A stretch of 64,000 nt of DNA from an uncultured Aquimarina sp. (GCA_947495425.1 CANLYR010000022.1:360-64359); one strand, 5' to 3'. Shown: positions 29,749 through 40,172, counted from the stretch's first letter. Notes: a model not told the origin generated them from the sequence alone. A program made the numbers and translations.

Positions 29749-31083
29749 TTAAACTTGTTTCAGCTTTGCTTCAATATTGTTAAGACATAGATTATTTATA
29801 CTTCCTATATGGCTATGTTTTGTGTTTTTTTCTGGTTTGTACTTTCCGTTTTCAATATCTAATCCGATTTTAACATAAGCATCTCTAAACGACATGCCCT
29901 GCATCACCAATTCATTTAATGTATCAACACTAAACAAATAATCATATTTATCATCGTTGAGGATATCTTTGTTTACTTTGACCTGCTCAAATGCATATAT
30001 TGCCATTTCTAATGATGCCTTCATATCCTGAATTGCAGGTATAATTCCTTCTTTTAACAATTGTAAATCTCGATGATATCCACTTGGTAAATTATTGGTT
30101 AACAGGCTCAATTCGTAGGGTAACGCTTGAATTTTATTACATTTTCCACGAATTAATTCGAATACGTCGGGATTCTTTTTATGAGGCATAATGCTTGATC
30201 CAGTAGTCAATTCTGATGGAATACTCATGAAGTTAAAATTCTGACTCATATACAGACAGACATCCATAGCAAGCTTCGAGAGTGTTCCTGCCACGCTACT
30301 CATTGCAAAAGCTGCAGATTTTTCAGATTTACCTCTACTCATTTGGGCGGCTACCACATTATATTTCAACGTTTCAAAACCTAATTCTCGGGTTGTGAAT
30401 TCTCTATCTATAGGAAATGAGCTCCCATATCCTGCTGCACTACCTAGTGGATTTTGATCTACAACTTTAATTGCTGCATTTACAAAATACAAATCATCAA
30501 CAAAACTCTCGGCATACGCAGAAAACCATAACCCAAACGAGGAAGGCATAGCAATTTGTAAATGCGTATACCCAGGGAGCAAAACATCTTTGTGTTTTTC
30601 TGCGGAAGTTAACAGGTTTTGAGATAACTCTTTTACCAGAGATTTAATCTGTAATAATTCGTCTTTTAAATACAAATGCATGGCTACCAAAACCTGATCA
30701 TTTCTTGATCTGGCCGTATGTATTCGCTTACCGGCATCTCCTATCCTTTTGGTGAGTTCAAATTCAATTTTAGAATGTACATCTTCAAATTGATCTTCAA
30801 TTACAAAAGAACCTTCTTCAATGGCTACTGCTAAATTATTTAGTTCTTTTTCGATATCTGAAATATCTTGATCAGAAAGCAGCTTGATTTTATGTAACAT
30901 TTTGGCATGTGCCAAGGTGGCCTTGATATCGTATTTGGCTAGTACCAAATCTAATTGTCTGTCATTACCTACGGTAAATATATCTATCTTTTGATCTGTT
31001 GGTAATCCTTTATCCCAGAGTTTATGGCCCCCAACTCCCAAAGTGGTAGTTTCTTTTTCTCTATTGATATTTTCCTTCTCCAT
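29749..31083 (-). CDS. argH: argininosuccinate lyase
   Basis: EDVHS, HTARSRNDQ, PGYTHLQ, GSSIMPHKKNPD. Confidence 0.97.
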   Translation of the reverse strand: MEKENINREKETTTLGVGGHKLWDKGLPTDQKIDIFTVGNDRQLDLVLAKYDIKATLAHAKMLHKIKLLSDQDISDIEKELNNLAVAIEEGSFVIEDQFEDVHSKIEFELTKRIGDAGKRIHTARSRNDQVLVAMHLYLKDELLQIKSLVKELSQNLLTSAEKHKDVLLPGYTHLQIAMPSSFGLWFSAYAESFVDDLYFVNAAIKVVDQNPLGSAAGYGSSFPIDREFTTRELGFETLKYNVVAAQMSRGKSEKSAAFAMSSVAGTLSKLAMDVCLYMSQNFNFMSIPSELTTGSSIMPHKKNPDVFELIRGKCNKIQALPYELSLLTNNLPSGYHRDLQLLKEGIIPAIQDMKASLEMAIYAFEQVKVNKDILNDDKYDYLFSVDTLNELVMQGMSFRDAYVKIGLDIENGKYKPEKNTKHSHIGSINNLCLNNIEAKLKQV

Positions 31084-31148
31084 TACAATACATTTTCTCA
31101 ATTATTTTTAGTCTTTTTTATTTACATCATTTAGTCTCCTTGTAAAGA

Positions 31149-32219
31149 TTAGGGAGCCATTATTCCTTCTAAAATTTTTATGTAAAGTGCTATTCCTTCT
31201 TTAATCTCGTCTACATAAATAAATTCGTTTGCAGAATGTGATCTTGTAGAATCACCAGGCCCTAATTTTAACGATGGACAACTTAGTACTGACTGATCAG
31301 ACAATGTTGGAGATCCATAGGTTGTTCTGCCTAATTTGATTCCTGATTTTACGATATCATGATCTCGAGGAATAGACGAAGATCCTAAATGTAAAGATCT
31401 GGGTTTGACTTTGACATTATCAGGCATCACCTGTTTTATAATTTCCAACACTTCCACGTTTTTATAGTGATCGTTTACTCTAACATCAACCACCAAATCA
31501 CAGTGAGACGGCACTACATTATGTTGGTTTCCTGCATTAATCTGTGTTACTGTCATTTTTACTTTTCCTAGCGTATCTGATTCTTTTTCAAACTCAAACT
31601 TCTCAAACCATTGGATCACTTCCAGGGCATTATAAATTGAATTATCATCATTTGGATGTGCGGCATGGCTTGCTGTTCCTTGTATAGATACGTCTAATAC
31701 CAATAACCCTTTTTCGGCTATAGCCAATTGCATCAACGTGGGTTCTCCTACAATGGCAAAATCCACATTCTTTAAATGTTTTAAAACACTATTTAACCCC
31801 AGGACTCCACTACTCTCTTCTTCTGCAGAAGCAACAATGACCAAATTGTAGTTCAGGTCTTCTTTACTATAAAAATAAGTGAAGGTGGCTATTAATGAGA
31901 CTAAACATCCTCCAGCATCATTACTACCCAATCCAAATAATTTACCATCTTCTACAAAAGCCTTAAATGGGTCATTTGTATAATTTCCATTGGGTTTTAC
32001 CGTATCATGATGTGAGTTTAATAAAACTGTAGGTTTACTATCATCAAAATATTTATTGTATGCCCATACGTTGTTATCCGCTCTCTCGAAAGGAATATCA
32101 TGCTCAATAAACCAATTTTCGATTAATTGTGCGGTATGTTCTTCTTCGGATGAAAAAGATGGTGTCTCAATTAGTGTATGCAAGAGACTGATCGCTTGTT
32201 TTGTTAGTTTTTGTATCAT
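31149..32219 (-). CDS. argE: M20 family deacylase (ArgE-like, acyl-citrulline/ornithine deacylase)
   Basis: NSHHDTV, GLGSNDAGG, AEEE, GEPT, HSANE; lies within the arg operon. Confidence 0.85.
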   Translation of the reverse strand: MIQKLTKQAISLLHTLIETPSFSSEEEHTAQLIENWFIEHDIPFERADNNVWAYNKYFDDSKPTVLLNSHHDTVKPNGNYTNDPFKAFVEDGKLFGLGSNDAGGCLVSLIATFTYFYSKEDLNYNLVIVASAEEESSGVLGLNSVLKHLKNVDFAIVGEPTLMQLAIAEKGLLVLDVSIQGTASHAAHPNDDNSIYNALEVIQWFEKFEFEKESDTLGKVKMTVTQINAGNQHNVVPSHCDLVVDVRVNDHYKNVEVLEIIKQVMPDNVKVKPRSLHLGSSSIPRDHDIVKSGIKLGRTTYGSPTLSDQSVLSCPSLKLGPGDSTRSHSANEFIYVDEIKEGIALYIKILEGIMAP

Positions 32220-32223
32220 TATT

Positions 32224-33006
32224 TTATAGACTCAAAGTCGTGTGTTTGATCGTATTATCTTTAATAAAATCTGCATTTGCAATATGTACTTTACTTACGT
32301 TTTTCTGTAATGCATCAAAACAATTTTGAAGCTTTGGCAGCATCCCATTTGCAAGTACTCCTGCATCTATCAATTTTGTATACTTTGCGAAGTCTATGTG
32401 TTCGATTACTGATTCTTTGTCTTCAATATTTTCTAAAACCCCTTTTAGTTCAAAACAATAAAACAGCGACACCTCATAATCTACGCTCATAGCAGAAGCA
32501 ATTTCAGATGCAATTGTATCTGCATTTGTGTTTAATAGCTGCCCAGTTGCATCGTGAGTAACCGCACAAAATACGGGAGTTATACCTTGATCCAAAAAAG
32601 ACTGTATAACAATATGATTCACCTTTACAACATCACCAACAAAACCATAGTCAACAAATTGAACCGGTCTTTTTTCGGCAAGAATCACATTACCATCTGC
32701 TCCTGTTAATCCTAATGCATTACATTGTTGTTTTTGTAATCCAGAAACTATTGTTTTATTCAATAATCCGGCATAGGTCATTACAACTATATTAAGATTC
32801 TCTGCAGATGTAATTCTACGTCCATCAATCATTTCAGTTTTTACCTCTAATTTATCTGCGAGTTGTGTTGCAGATTTACCTCCACCATGAACCAGAATTT
32901 TGGGTCCTTCAATCTTAGAAAAATCTTCTAAAAAAGATGTTAGGGATTCTTGATTTTCTATAATATTCCCACCAATTTTGGCTACTAAAAGTTTTTGTTT
33001 TTTCAT
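32224..33006 (-). CDS. argB: acetylglutamate kinase
   Basis: KIGGN, VHGGG, GRRIT, LLNTNADT, GMLPKL. Confidence 0.95.
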   Translation of the reverse strand: MKKQKLLVAKIGGNIIENQESLTSFLEDFSKIEGPKILVHGGGKSATQLADKLEVKTEMIDGRRITSAENLNIVVMTYAGLLNKTIVSGLQKQQCNALGLTGADGNVILAEKRPVQFVDYGFVGDVVKVNHIVIQSFLDQGITPVFCAVTHDATGQLLNTNADTIASEIASAMSVDYEVSLFYCFELKGVLENIEDKESVIEHIDFAKYTKLIDAGVLANGMLPKLQNCFDALQKNVSKVHIANADFIKDNTIKHTTLSL

Positions 33007-33068
33007 TTTGTAATCCTTACACCATAATCCCAACCCTCTCCCTCAATGAAGAGAGCATAGGGGCACAT

Positions 33069-34016
33069 TTATTTATTCTTCAATATTTTTTTTAACACCA
33101 ATTGCGCAGCATATGTTCTGTTATTTGCTTGCTCGATTACTATCGAATTTTTGCTATCAATTACAGCATCATCAACAACTACATTTCTGCGTACTGGTAA
33201 GCAATGCATAAACTTTGCATCATTAGTCAACTTCATTTTTTCTTCTGTAATTTTCCATGTAAAATCATTCTGTAATGTTTTACCATACTCGTGATATGCG
33301 CTCCAGTTCTTTACATAAATAAAATCTGCATCTCTGAATGCGTTTTTCTGGTTGTAATCAATAGGCACCTCTTTAGTAATCTGGTTGGCTAACTCAAATC
33401 CTACCGGATGGGTAATTACAAAATGTGCATCCATGCGTTGCATCATTTCTACAAATGAATTCGCAACAGCCTGGGGCAAAGCTTTTGGATGTGGTGCCCA
33501 TGATAGTACAACCTTAGGTTTATCTGTTTTTTTATGCTCAGCAATGGTAATAGCATCTGTTAATGCCTGTAATGGATGTCCTGTAGCACTCTCCATATTT
33601 ACGACAGGAATAGTAGCATACCTTATAAAATTTTTTACTACTTTTTCGCTATAATCTTCTTCTCTGTTTTCAAGTTTTGCAAAAGCTCGTATGGCTAATA
33701 CATCACAATATTGAGATACTACTTGAGCTGCCTCCTTTACATGCTCAGAATGTCCCTGATCCATTACGGTTCCGTCGCCATATTCAAGTGACCAACCTTC
33801 TCCTGCAAAATTCATAACGATTACATTCATCCCAAGGTTTAAAGCTGCTTTTTGGGTACTAAGACGTGTTCTAAGACTGGGATTAAAAAATAATAATCCT
33901 ATCGTCTTATCTTGTCCCAAAGTTTTATCCAACAATGGATTTTTTTTCATTTCAATTGCTTCATATACCCAATCCGAGAGTGAATCAATATCCTGTATAG
34001 AAAAATAGTTTTTCAT
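33069..34016 (-). CDS. argF: N-acyl-ornithine carbamoyltransferase (ArgF', predicted succinyl-specific)
   Basis: SLRTR carbamoyl-phosphate motif, HPLQ, WAPHPKALPQAV, HCLPVRR typical of AOTCase/SOTCase. Confidence 0.92.
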   Translation of the reverse strand: MKNYFSIQDIDSLSDWVYEAIEMKKNPLLDKTLGQDKTIGLLFFNPSLRTRLSTQKAALNLGMNVIVMNFAGEGWSLEYGDGTVMDQGHSEHVKEAAQVVSQYCDVLAIRAFAKLENREEDYSEKVVKNFIRYATIPVVNMESATGHPLQALTDAITIAEHKKTDKPKVVLSWAPHPKALPQAVANSFVEMMQRMDAHFVITHPVGFELANQITKEVPIDYNQKNAFRDADFIYVKNWSAYHEYGKTLQNDFTWKITEEKMKLTNDAKFMHCLPVRRNVVVDDAVIDSKNSIVIEQANNRTYAAQLVLKKILKNK

Positions 34017-34041
34017 ATTTATTTTTTATTTAGCAACATGC

Positions 34042-35187
34042 TCATACACTCTCCTTTTGTTCGACCAATACACTTTGCAATGCTTTTACAAACCGATCTA
34101 TCTCTTTTTTCCCAATAGTGAGTGGCGGTAGTATTCGTAATACTTTTTTATTCATTGCTCCGCCTGTAAATATATGTTGATCATAAATCATCTTTTTTCT
34201 CAGTTCGCCAACTTCAAAATCAAATTCCAAACCTAACATTAGTCCTTTACCTTTTATTTTATCTACCCTTGGTATCTTCATCGCCTGCGAAACGAAATAT
34301 TCACCTATATTTTTGGCATTGTCTATCAGGTTTTCTGCTTCAATCACTTCTAGCACAGATAATGTGGCAACACAAGCAAGGTGATTTCCTCCAAAAGTAG
34401 TTCCTAATAACCCGTAAGATGGTTTTATATGAGGAGCAATCATTATACCACCAACAGGAAATCCATTGCCCATTCCTTTGGCTATCGAGATGATGTCTGG
34501 AGTAATCCCATGGTATTGATGTGCGAAAAATTTTCCTGTTCTACCAAATCCGGATTGCACTTCATCCAAAATCAGAACCGCACCGAACTTGTTACATAAA
34601 GTTTCTAATTCAGTAAAAAATGTTGTAATCCCTTCATCTAGTCCTCCTACACCTTGTATAGGCTCAATGATCACAGCACATACGTCACCTTTTTCTAATT
34701 CAGTTTTTACAAACTCAATCTGGTTTAACGGCAAAAAGGTGACGTCTTGCTGGTTATTTAGTGGTGCATTTATCTTTGGATTATCTGTTGCAGCTACTGC
34801 TGCAGAAGTTCTACCATGAAAAGCATTCTCAAATGCTATGACTCTTGATTTCCCTGTATGAAAAGACGCCAATTTTAAAGCGTTTTCATTAGCTTCGGCA
34901 CCAGAATTGCATAAAAACAATTGATAGTCGTCATAACCAGATAATTTGCCTAGTTTCTCTGCTAATTGTACTTGTAGATTGTTTTGAACCGCATTAGAAT
35001 AAAACCCTATGTTGTCTACTTGTTCTTTTAATCTTTTGATATAATGTGGATGCGTATGACCAATTGAAATCACAGCATGCCCTCCATACAAATCAAGATA
35101 TGTCGTTCCGTTTTTATCTACCACAGTGCAATCGTAAGCCTTTACAGGTTCTACATCATATAATGGGTATACGTCGAATAGTTTCAT
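34042..35187 (-). CDS. argD: acetylornithine aminotransferase (class III)
   Basis: NSGAEANE, FHGRT, EPIQG.GG, DEVQSG.GRTG, AKG. Confidence 0.93.
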   Translation of the reverse strand: MKLFDVYPLYDVEPVKAYDCTVVDKNGTTYLDLYGGHAVISIGHTHPHYIKRLKEQVDNIGFYSNAVQNNLQVQLAEKLGKLSGYDDYQLFLCNSGAEANENALKLASFHTGKSRVIAFENAFHGRTSAAVAATDNPKINAPLNNQQDVTFLPLNQIEFVKTELEKGDVCAVIIEPIQGVGGLDEGITTFFTELETLCNKFGAVLILDEVQSGFGRTGKFFAHQYHGITPDIISIAKGMGNGFPVGGIMIAPHIKPSYGLLGTTFGGNHLACVATLSVLEVIEAENLIDNAKNIGEYFVSQAMKIPRVDKIKGKGLMLGLEFDFEVGELRKKMIYDQHIFTGGAMNKKVLRILPPLTIGKKEIDRFVKALQSVLVEQKESV

Positions 35188-35216
35188 ATTTTCTTAATTA
35201 AAATTCTGACTAAAAA

Positions 35217-35269
35217 GCCCTGACCCCAATCCCTGCCTGCAAGGCAGGCTCTCCCTGAGGTAGAGGGAG
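35217..35269. repeat. REP-like element (CCC..ACCCC...CTCCC..GGGAG) with nested CCTGCCTGCAAGGCAGG palindrome
   Basis: Related hairpins at ~17313-17363, 33028-33063 and 36077-36101, in intergenic gaps. Confidence 0.6.
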
Positions 35270-36061
35270 CTATTTAATTGTATTTATTTTTTCATAAGAA
35301 GCCATCACTCCTTTGATTACCGAGGAACTCAGACCTCTGTGTTCCATTTCATTTAATCCTTCAATTGTGCAACCACGAGGTGTCGTTACTTTATCGATCT
35401 CGCGTTCGGGATGGGCTCCGTTTTCTGCAACCAGTGTTGCTGCTCCTATGGCAGTTTGCACTGCAATGATTTGCGCTTCATGCGGATGAAATCCCATTTG
35501 AATGCCTCCTTGTATCATTGCTCTCAAAAATCTTAAAAAGAAAGCTATTCCGCTGGCTCCAAGAACTGTAGCTGCTTGCATTAAACGTTCTTCGATCACT
35601 AAGGTTTCGCCAATAGTATCAAACATTTTTTTAACTATTGATACTTCTTCTTTTACGTCATCATTTGCAGCAATGCAAGTCATCGAAAGTTTTTTTGCAG
35701 CACCAGTATTGGGCATTACGCGTACCACTTTGTTAGCAACCACATCGTTAATTTCGGCAATTGAGGTACCCGTAACTGTAGAAATTAAAACCTGATCACT
35801 AGTAACACTATCTCTAATTTCATGTAACACAACATCTAATTGTCTGGGTTGTACACAAAGAATTATCCACTTTACATTTTGTATCGATGTTGTAATATCC
35901 TGCGAAGTTGATACTCCTAATTTTTCTTCGACTTCTTTTAGGTTATAGGTTGATTTATCCACCACAGTTATATGTTCTGCTTCAAACAAATCACTACTGG
36001 CTAATCCTGATAGTATCGACTTTCCTAAGTTACCTCCTCCTATGATTGTTATTTTGTTCAT
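35270..36061 (-). CDS. proC: pyrroline-5-carboxylate reductase
   Basis: IGGGNLG, VRVMPNT, HP....D.VTTP.G.TI.GL. Confidence 0.93.
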   Translation of the reverse strand: MNKITIIGGGNLGKSILSGLASSDLFEAEHITVVDKSTYNLKEVEEKLGVSTSQDITTSIQNVKWIILCVQPRQLDVVLHEIRDSVTSDQVLISTVTGTSIAEINDVVANKVVRVMPNTGAAKKLSMTCIAANDDVKEEVSIVKKMFDTIGETLVIEERLMQAATVLGASGIAFFLRFLRAMIQGGIQMGFHPHEAQIIAVQTAIGAATLVAENGAHPEREIDKVTTPRGCTIEGLNEMEHRGLSSSVIKGVMASYEKINTIK

Positions 36062-36103
36062 CTTGTTTTTATTTCCACCCTCTCCTTCAATAGAGAGGGA
36101 GTT

Positions 36104-37081
36104 TCAAAAGGCATTTGCTTTTAATTCTAACCCTGTTTCTTCTTCTAGTCCAAACATTAGATTCATGTTGTGAATCGCCTGTCCTGATGCCCCTTTTATT
36201 AAATTATCTAGTATTGAAGTAATTAGTAGCATTCCATTTTTTTTACTGATATGAAGAATACATTTATTCGTATTTGTTACTTGCTTTAAGTAAATTTCTT
36301 CATCAGAAATTATAGTAAACGCTGCATCAGCATAAAAAGATTTGTAGAGCGCTTTTGCTTCTTCTTCATCTCCATCATAGCTAGTGTACATCGTAGCATA
36401 TATCCCTTTACTGAAATTTCCTCTATTTGGAATGAAGAAGACAGGAGCATCAAAATCAGTTTGTAATTGTTCAAGGCTTTGTTCTATCTCACCCAAATGC
36501 TGATGTGTAAATACTTTATAACTTGAAAAATTATTATCTCTCCAACTAAAATGTGTTGTCCCGCCTGGGAGTACTCCTGCTCCTGTACTTCCCGTTGTGG
36601 CATTGATGTGCACTGTATCTGTGAGTTTTCCAGCTGAAGCTAATGGCAATAATCCTAGTTGGATAGCTGTAGCAAAACATCCTGGATTGGCAATATTACT
36701 GGCAGACTGAATCTTTTCTTTTTGTAATTCTGGTAACCCATATACAAAATCTCTTTGTAAAAAACTCTGATCTTTATGTAACCTAAAATCATTGCCCAAA
36801 TCAATCACTTTCGTACTTGAAGAAAAAGTATTGGCTTCTAAAAATGATCTTGATCTCCCGTGCCCCAGGCATAAAAAGAGTACATCTACATTTGGATTAA
36901 TGGTAGCTGTGAATTTGAGCGCTAACTCCCCTATTAAATCAGGATGTTGCTTATAAATTGAGTTCCCTGCATTGGTTGTACTATACACAAAATTTAGAGT
37001 TACTTCTGGGTGATGCACTAATAACCGCAACAGTTCTCCGGCCGTATATCCCGACCCACCTATAATTCCTACTTGTATCAT
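36104..37081 (-). CDS. argC: N-acetyl-gamma-glutamyl-phosphate reductase
   Basis: GGSGYTAGEL, IANPGCFAT, GSTGAG, DNL.KGASGQA. Confidence 0.96.
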   Translation of the reverse strand: MIQVGIIGGSGYTAGELLRLLVHHPEVTLNFVYSTTNAGNSIYKQHPDLIGELALKFTATINPNVDVLFLCLGHGRSRSFLEANTFSSSTKVIDLGNDFRLHKDQSFLQRDFVYGLPELQKEKIQSASNIANPGCFATAIQLGLLPLASAGKLTDTVHINATTGSTGAGVLPGGTTHFSWRDNNFSSYKVFTHQHLGEIEQSLEQLQTDFDAPVFFIPNRGNFSKGIYATMYTSYDGDEEEAKALYKSFYADAAFTIISDEEIYLKQVTNTNKCILHISKKNGMLLITSILDNLIKGASGQAIHNMNLMFGLEEETGLELKANAF

Positions 37082-38268
37082 GATTCACTTGGATTTACAT
37101 TATGATATATCTTATTGGCATTACCATAAATTTTAATAAAGCCCTTGGCGTCGTCTGATGTCCATGAGTTATTCATCTCTCCGTATTGTCCAAAATCAGA
37201 TTTCATCATATCAAAATCAGATTCGACTCCTTCTACACTAAAATGATAGGGTTTCAATGTCACTTTCACATCGCCTGTGACCGATTTCTGAGAGTCCTCC
37301 ATAAACACTTCAATATTCCTCATTACGGGATCCAGGTAATTCCCTTCGTGTAATAGCATTCCATACCAATTCGCTAACTGCTCTTTCCAGTATTGTTGCC
37401 ATTTGGTTAACACATGCTTTTCTAACAGATGATGTGCTTTGATAATCACCATTGGCGCTGCAGCTTCAAATCCAACTCTGCCTTTGATTCCAATAATGGT
37501 ATCGCCTACATGAATATCTCTACCTATCGCAAAGGCACTAGCTAATTCTTCTAATTTCTGAATAGTATTGACAGGCGAATCTTTTACTCCGTCCAGACCG
37601 ACTAATTCTCCTTTTTCAAAATGTAATGTGATTGTTTCTTCTTTTTCTTTTTGAAGTTGATTCGGATAAGCTTCTTCTGGTAAAGCACTGTGGGATGTTA
37701 AGGTTTCTTTTCCTCCCACGCTGGTTCCCCAGATTCCCTTATTGATAGAATACTGTGCTTTTTCCCAACTATAATGTACGTTATGTTTTTCGAGATATGC
37801 TACTTCTTCTTGTCTAGAAAGTTTCAAATCTCTTATAGGAGTAATAATCTCGATCTCGGGAGCGAGTGTTTGAAAAATTACATCAAATCTAATCTGATCA
37901 TTACCAGCTCCTGTGCTCCCATGAGCGATATACTTTGCACCTACTTTTTTGGCGTAATTAATAACTTCTATGGCCTGAAAAATTCGTTCTGCACTTACAG
38001 AAAGCGGGTACGTATTATTCTTTAAGACATTTCCGAATATTAAATATTTGATTGCCTTGTTATAAAAATCATCTAATATCGTCTTATTTATATGATCTGC
38101 ACTTCCTAGCTCATAGGCTCTTTTTTCTGTTTCTTTGAGTTCTTGTTTAGTGAAACCTCCTGTATTTACCAAAATGGTATGTACTTCGAGGTTTAATTCG
38201 CGTATAAGGTATTTTACACAGTATGACGTGTCTAAACCTCCACTATATGCCAATACTACTTTTTCCAT
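37078..38268 (-). CDS. argG: argininosuccinate synthase
   Basis: VLAYSGGLDTS, HGSTGAGNDQ.RF, GIKGR..FEA. Confidence 0.97.
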   Translation of the reverse strand: MEKVVLAYSGGLDTSYCVKYLIRELNLEVHTILVNTGGFTKQELKETEKRAYELGSADHINKTILDDFYNKAIKYLIFGNVLKNNTYPLSVSAERIFQAIEVINYAKKVGAKYIAHGSTGAGNDQIRFDVIFQTLAPEIEIITPIRDLKLSRQEEVAYLEKHNVHYSWEKAQYSINKGIWGTSVGGKETLTSHSALPEEAYPNQLQKEKEETITLHFEKGELVGLDGVKDSPVNTIQKLEELASAFAIGRDIHVGDTIIGIKGRVGFEAAAPMVIIKAHHLLEKHVLTKWQQYWKEQLANWYGMLLHEGNYLDPVMRNIEVFMEDSQKSVTGDVKVTLKPYHFSVEGVESDFDMMKSDFGQYGEMNNSWTSDDAKGFIKIYGNANKIYHNVNPSES

Positions 38269-38897
38269 AATAATAATTGTTTATTGCTTATAAGCATAGT
38301 TTGCTTAATATTTTTTAATCTTTTTAGTACTCTTTTATTAAACCATTTCCCCTTTTTCTCTACCTTTTTTTTAGGATCATATAACATCCCGGTACAAAGG
38401 CACATTTTATGTTCTTTAGAAGTAAGGATATCAAAATTGGTACAGGTTTGACAACCTGCCCAAAATTTTGGATCATCCGTTAGTTCAGAAAAAGTGACTG
38501 GTTTATACCCTAAATCAGAGTTGATTTTCATCACAGCTAATCCGGTTGTGATGCCAAACACTTTTGAGGTTGGATATTTTTTTAAAGAATGATTAAATGT
38601 AAACTCTTTAATTTTTTTTGCAAGACCCTGGTTTCTAAAATCAGGATGCACAATCAATCCAGAATGTGCAACGTACTGCTCATGCCCCCAAACTTCTATA
38701 TAACAAAAGCCTGCAAATTGGTTGCCAGACAACGCTATGATTGCATTTCCGTTTTCTATTTTTGTCTTTATATATGCTGGAGTTCGTTTGGCAATACCCG
38801 TTCCTCTTACTTTTGCAGAATCGGATATTACGCTACATATCTCATCAGCATAGTTTAGGTGTGTATTATCAGCGATATAAATATTTACCTGTTTCAT
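38256..38897 (-). CDS. GNAT N-acyltransferase, probable Bacteroidota N-acylglutamate synthase (ArgA function)
   Basis: SAKVRGTGIAKR, FRNQGLAK, FW.GC..C...CLCTGM; first gene of an arg operon that lacks classical argA. Confidence 0.8.
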   Translation of the reverse strand: MKQVNIYIADNTHLNYADEICSVISDSAKVRGTGIAKRTPAYIKTKIENGNAIIALSGNQFAGFCYIEVWGHEQYVAHSGLIVHPDFRNQGLAKKIKEFTFNHSLKKYPTSKVFGITTGLAVMKINSDLGYKPVTFSELTDDPKFWAGCQTCTNFDILTSKEHKMCLCTGMLYDPKKKVEKKGKWFNKRVLKRLKNIKQTMLISNKQLLLWKK

Positions 38898-39135
38898 TTG
38901 TATACTATCATGACTTAAAAAATCAGATACTAGTTTGACTAATACACGAATTAAGAATATTAATACATACCTGATCATTGTTCATTACATAAATGAACTA
39001 CACTCGTAAAAAATTGATACTAAATTTAGGATTTCATTTCAAGTCGTTAAGGGAATAAAACCTATCGATACTACAATGCAGAAAATCATTAGGTCATAAA
39101 CGCTATTTAATAACTAGAATACGAAATATGTGATG

Positions 39136-39159
39136 AAAGAAAGTAGGACGCACCTACTT
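39136..39159 (-). terminator. putative attenuator terminator in the arg leader
   Basis: Minus strand AAGTAGG-TGCGT-CCTACTT-TCTTT, 10 nt after the leader stop. Confidence 0.55.
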
Positions 39160-39169
39160 AAAAAATTAA

Positions 39170-39277
39170 TTAGACCCCCAAGGGGCGACGAAAACAGCGA
39201 GTAGGCATTATCAATTTACCTAACTTGTTCAAAGATTGAACACTAACTTCTGAATATTTTCTCTTTATTGTTTTCAT
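39170..39277 (-). CDS. putative arg operon leader peptide MKTIKRKYSEVSVQSLNKLGKLIMPTRCFRRPLGV
   Basis: Manual translation; three CGN Arg codons clustered near the C-terminus, followed by a hairpin, ~270 bp upstream of the first arg gene. Confidence 0.6.
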   Translation of the reverse strand: MKTIKRKYSEVSVQSLNKLGKLIMPTRCFRRPLGV

Positions 39278-39734
39278 AATAGTAACTCTAAATCGTCGGC
39301 TTATGCCCCTTTCGTTAACTAGATTTTGTAAAATTACATAAAATTAAGTCGGTAAATAAACCTAAGCCTTATTTTTTTATAAATTTTATGTTATCTATAG
39401 AAAAACATGCTTTTTTTTGAAATTATCAAAAATTGAAGTCAGTGATCAAGATAAAATAGTAAGTAAAAATAAAATTGTTAAACTAAAAGTGCATATGTTA
39501 ACTTAATTTTTGTAGTATTTTTCGTCGTTCTATAACATTTTAGTTGAACTCATATACACAAACTATATTTTAAAGTAATTATACTACCGACCGTAGAATC
39601 TATTGATTTTTTAACCTCTGTTTTAAGGGGGTCAAACTTCGATTTTAAGGCATTAACTTTAACATTCCCTTACCAAAACTGTAATCATACAGGCAGTACT
39701 TTTATAATTATTGTTAATACAATATATCGTCATT

Positions 39735-40076
39735 ATGATCAAAAGCTATATTACATTTATAGTAGGAATATGTATATCTAGTCCTGTTTTTTGTCAGTTT
39801 TATCAACAAGAAGGTACTTCAAAATTGGACTCATATAAAATACATGAATTTAATGAATTAAAAAAAGTTAACGCTCAACATCAATTTGAAACCTTTGAAT
39901 CGTTGGATGAGGAAATTTTAAAAAATAAAGCTATAATTATTAAGGAAGAGATATCTCTTGTTAAGAGTGAGCGCATCACAGAGCTAGGAGTGCGACATGC
40001 ATATGAACGATATATGAAGGTTGAACGTGTCACTTCAATACATCCTGTACATGAAAAACTTTATTTGTATCCATGA
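39735..40076 (+). CDS. hypothetical secreted protein
   Basis: Signal peptide ending in VFC-Q; 113 aa. Confidence 0.65.
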   Translation: MIKSYITFIVGICISSPVFCQFYQQEGTSKLDSYKIHEFNELKKVNAQHQFETFESLDEEILKNKAIIIKEEISLVKSERITELGVRHAYERYMKVERVTSIHPVHEKLYLYP

Positions 40077-40143
40077 AATATAATATCGTGCATACTTTGG
40101 AATCAAAAAACAGTATCTGACAGGTACATCTAAATGTATGTAT

Positions 40144-40172
40144 AAAAAAAGACGACCTAAAAGATCGTCTTT
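40144..40172. terminator. bidirectional terminator between convergent genes
   Basis: AAAAAAAGACGA-CCTAAAAGA-TCGTCTTT. Confidence 0.65.
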
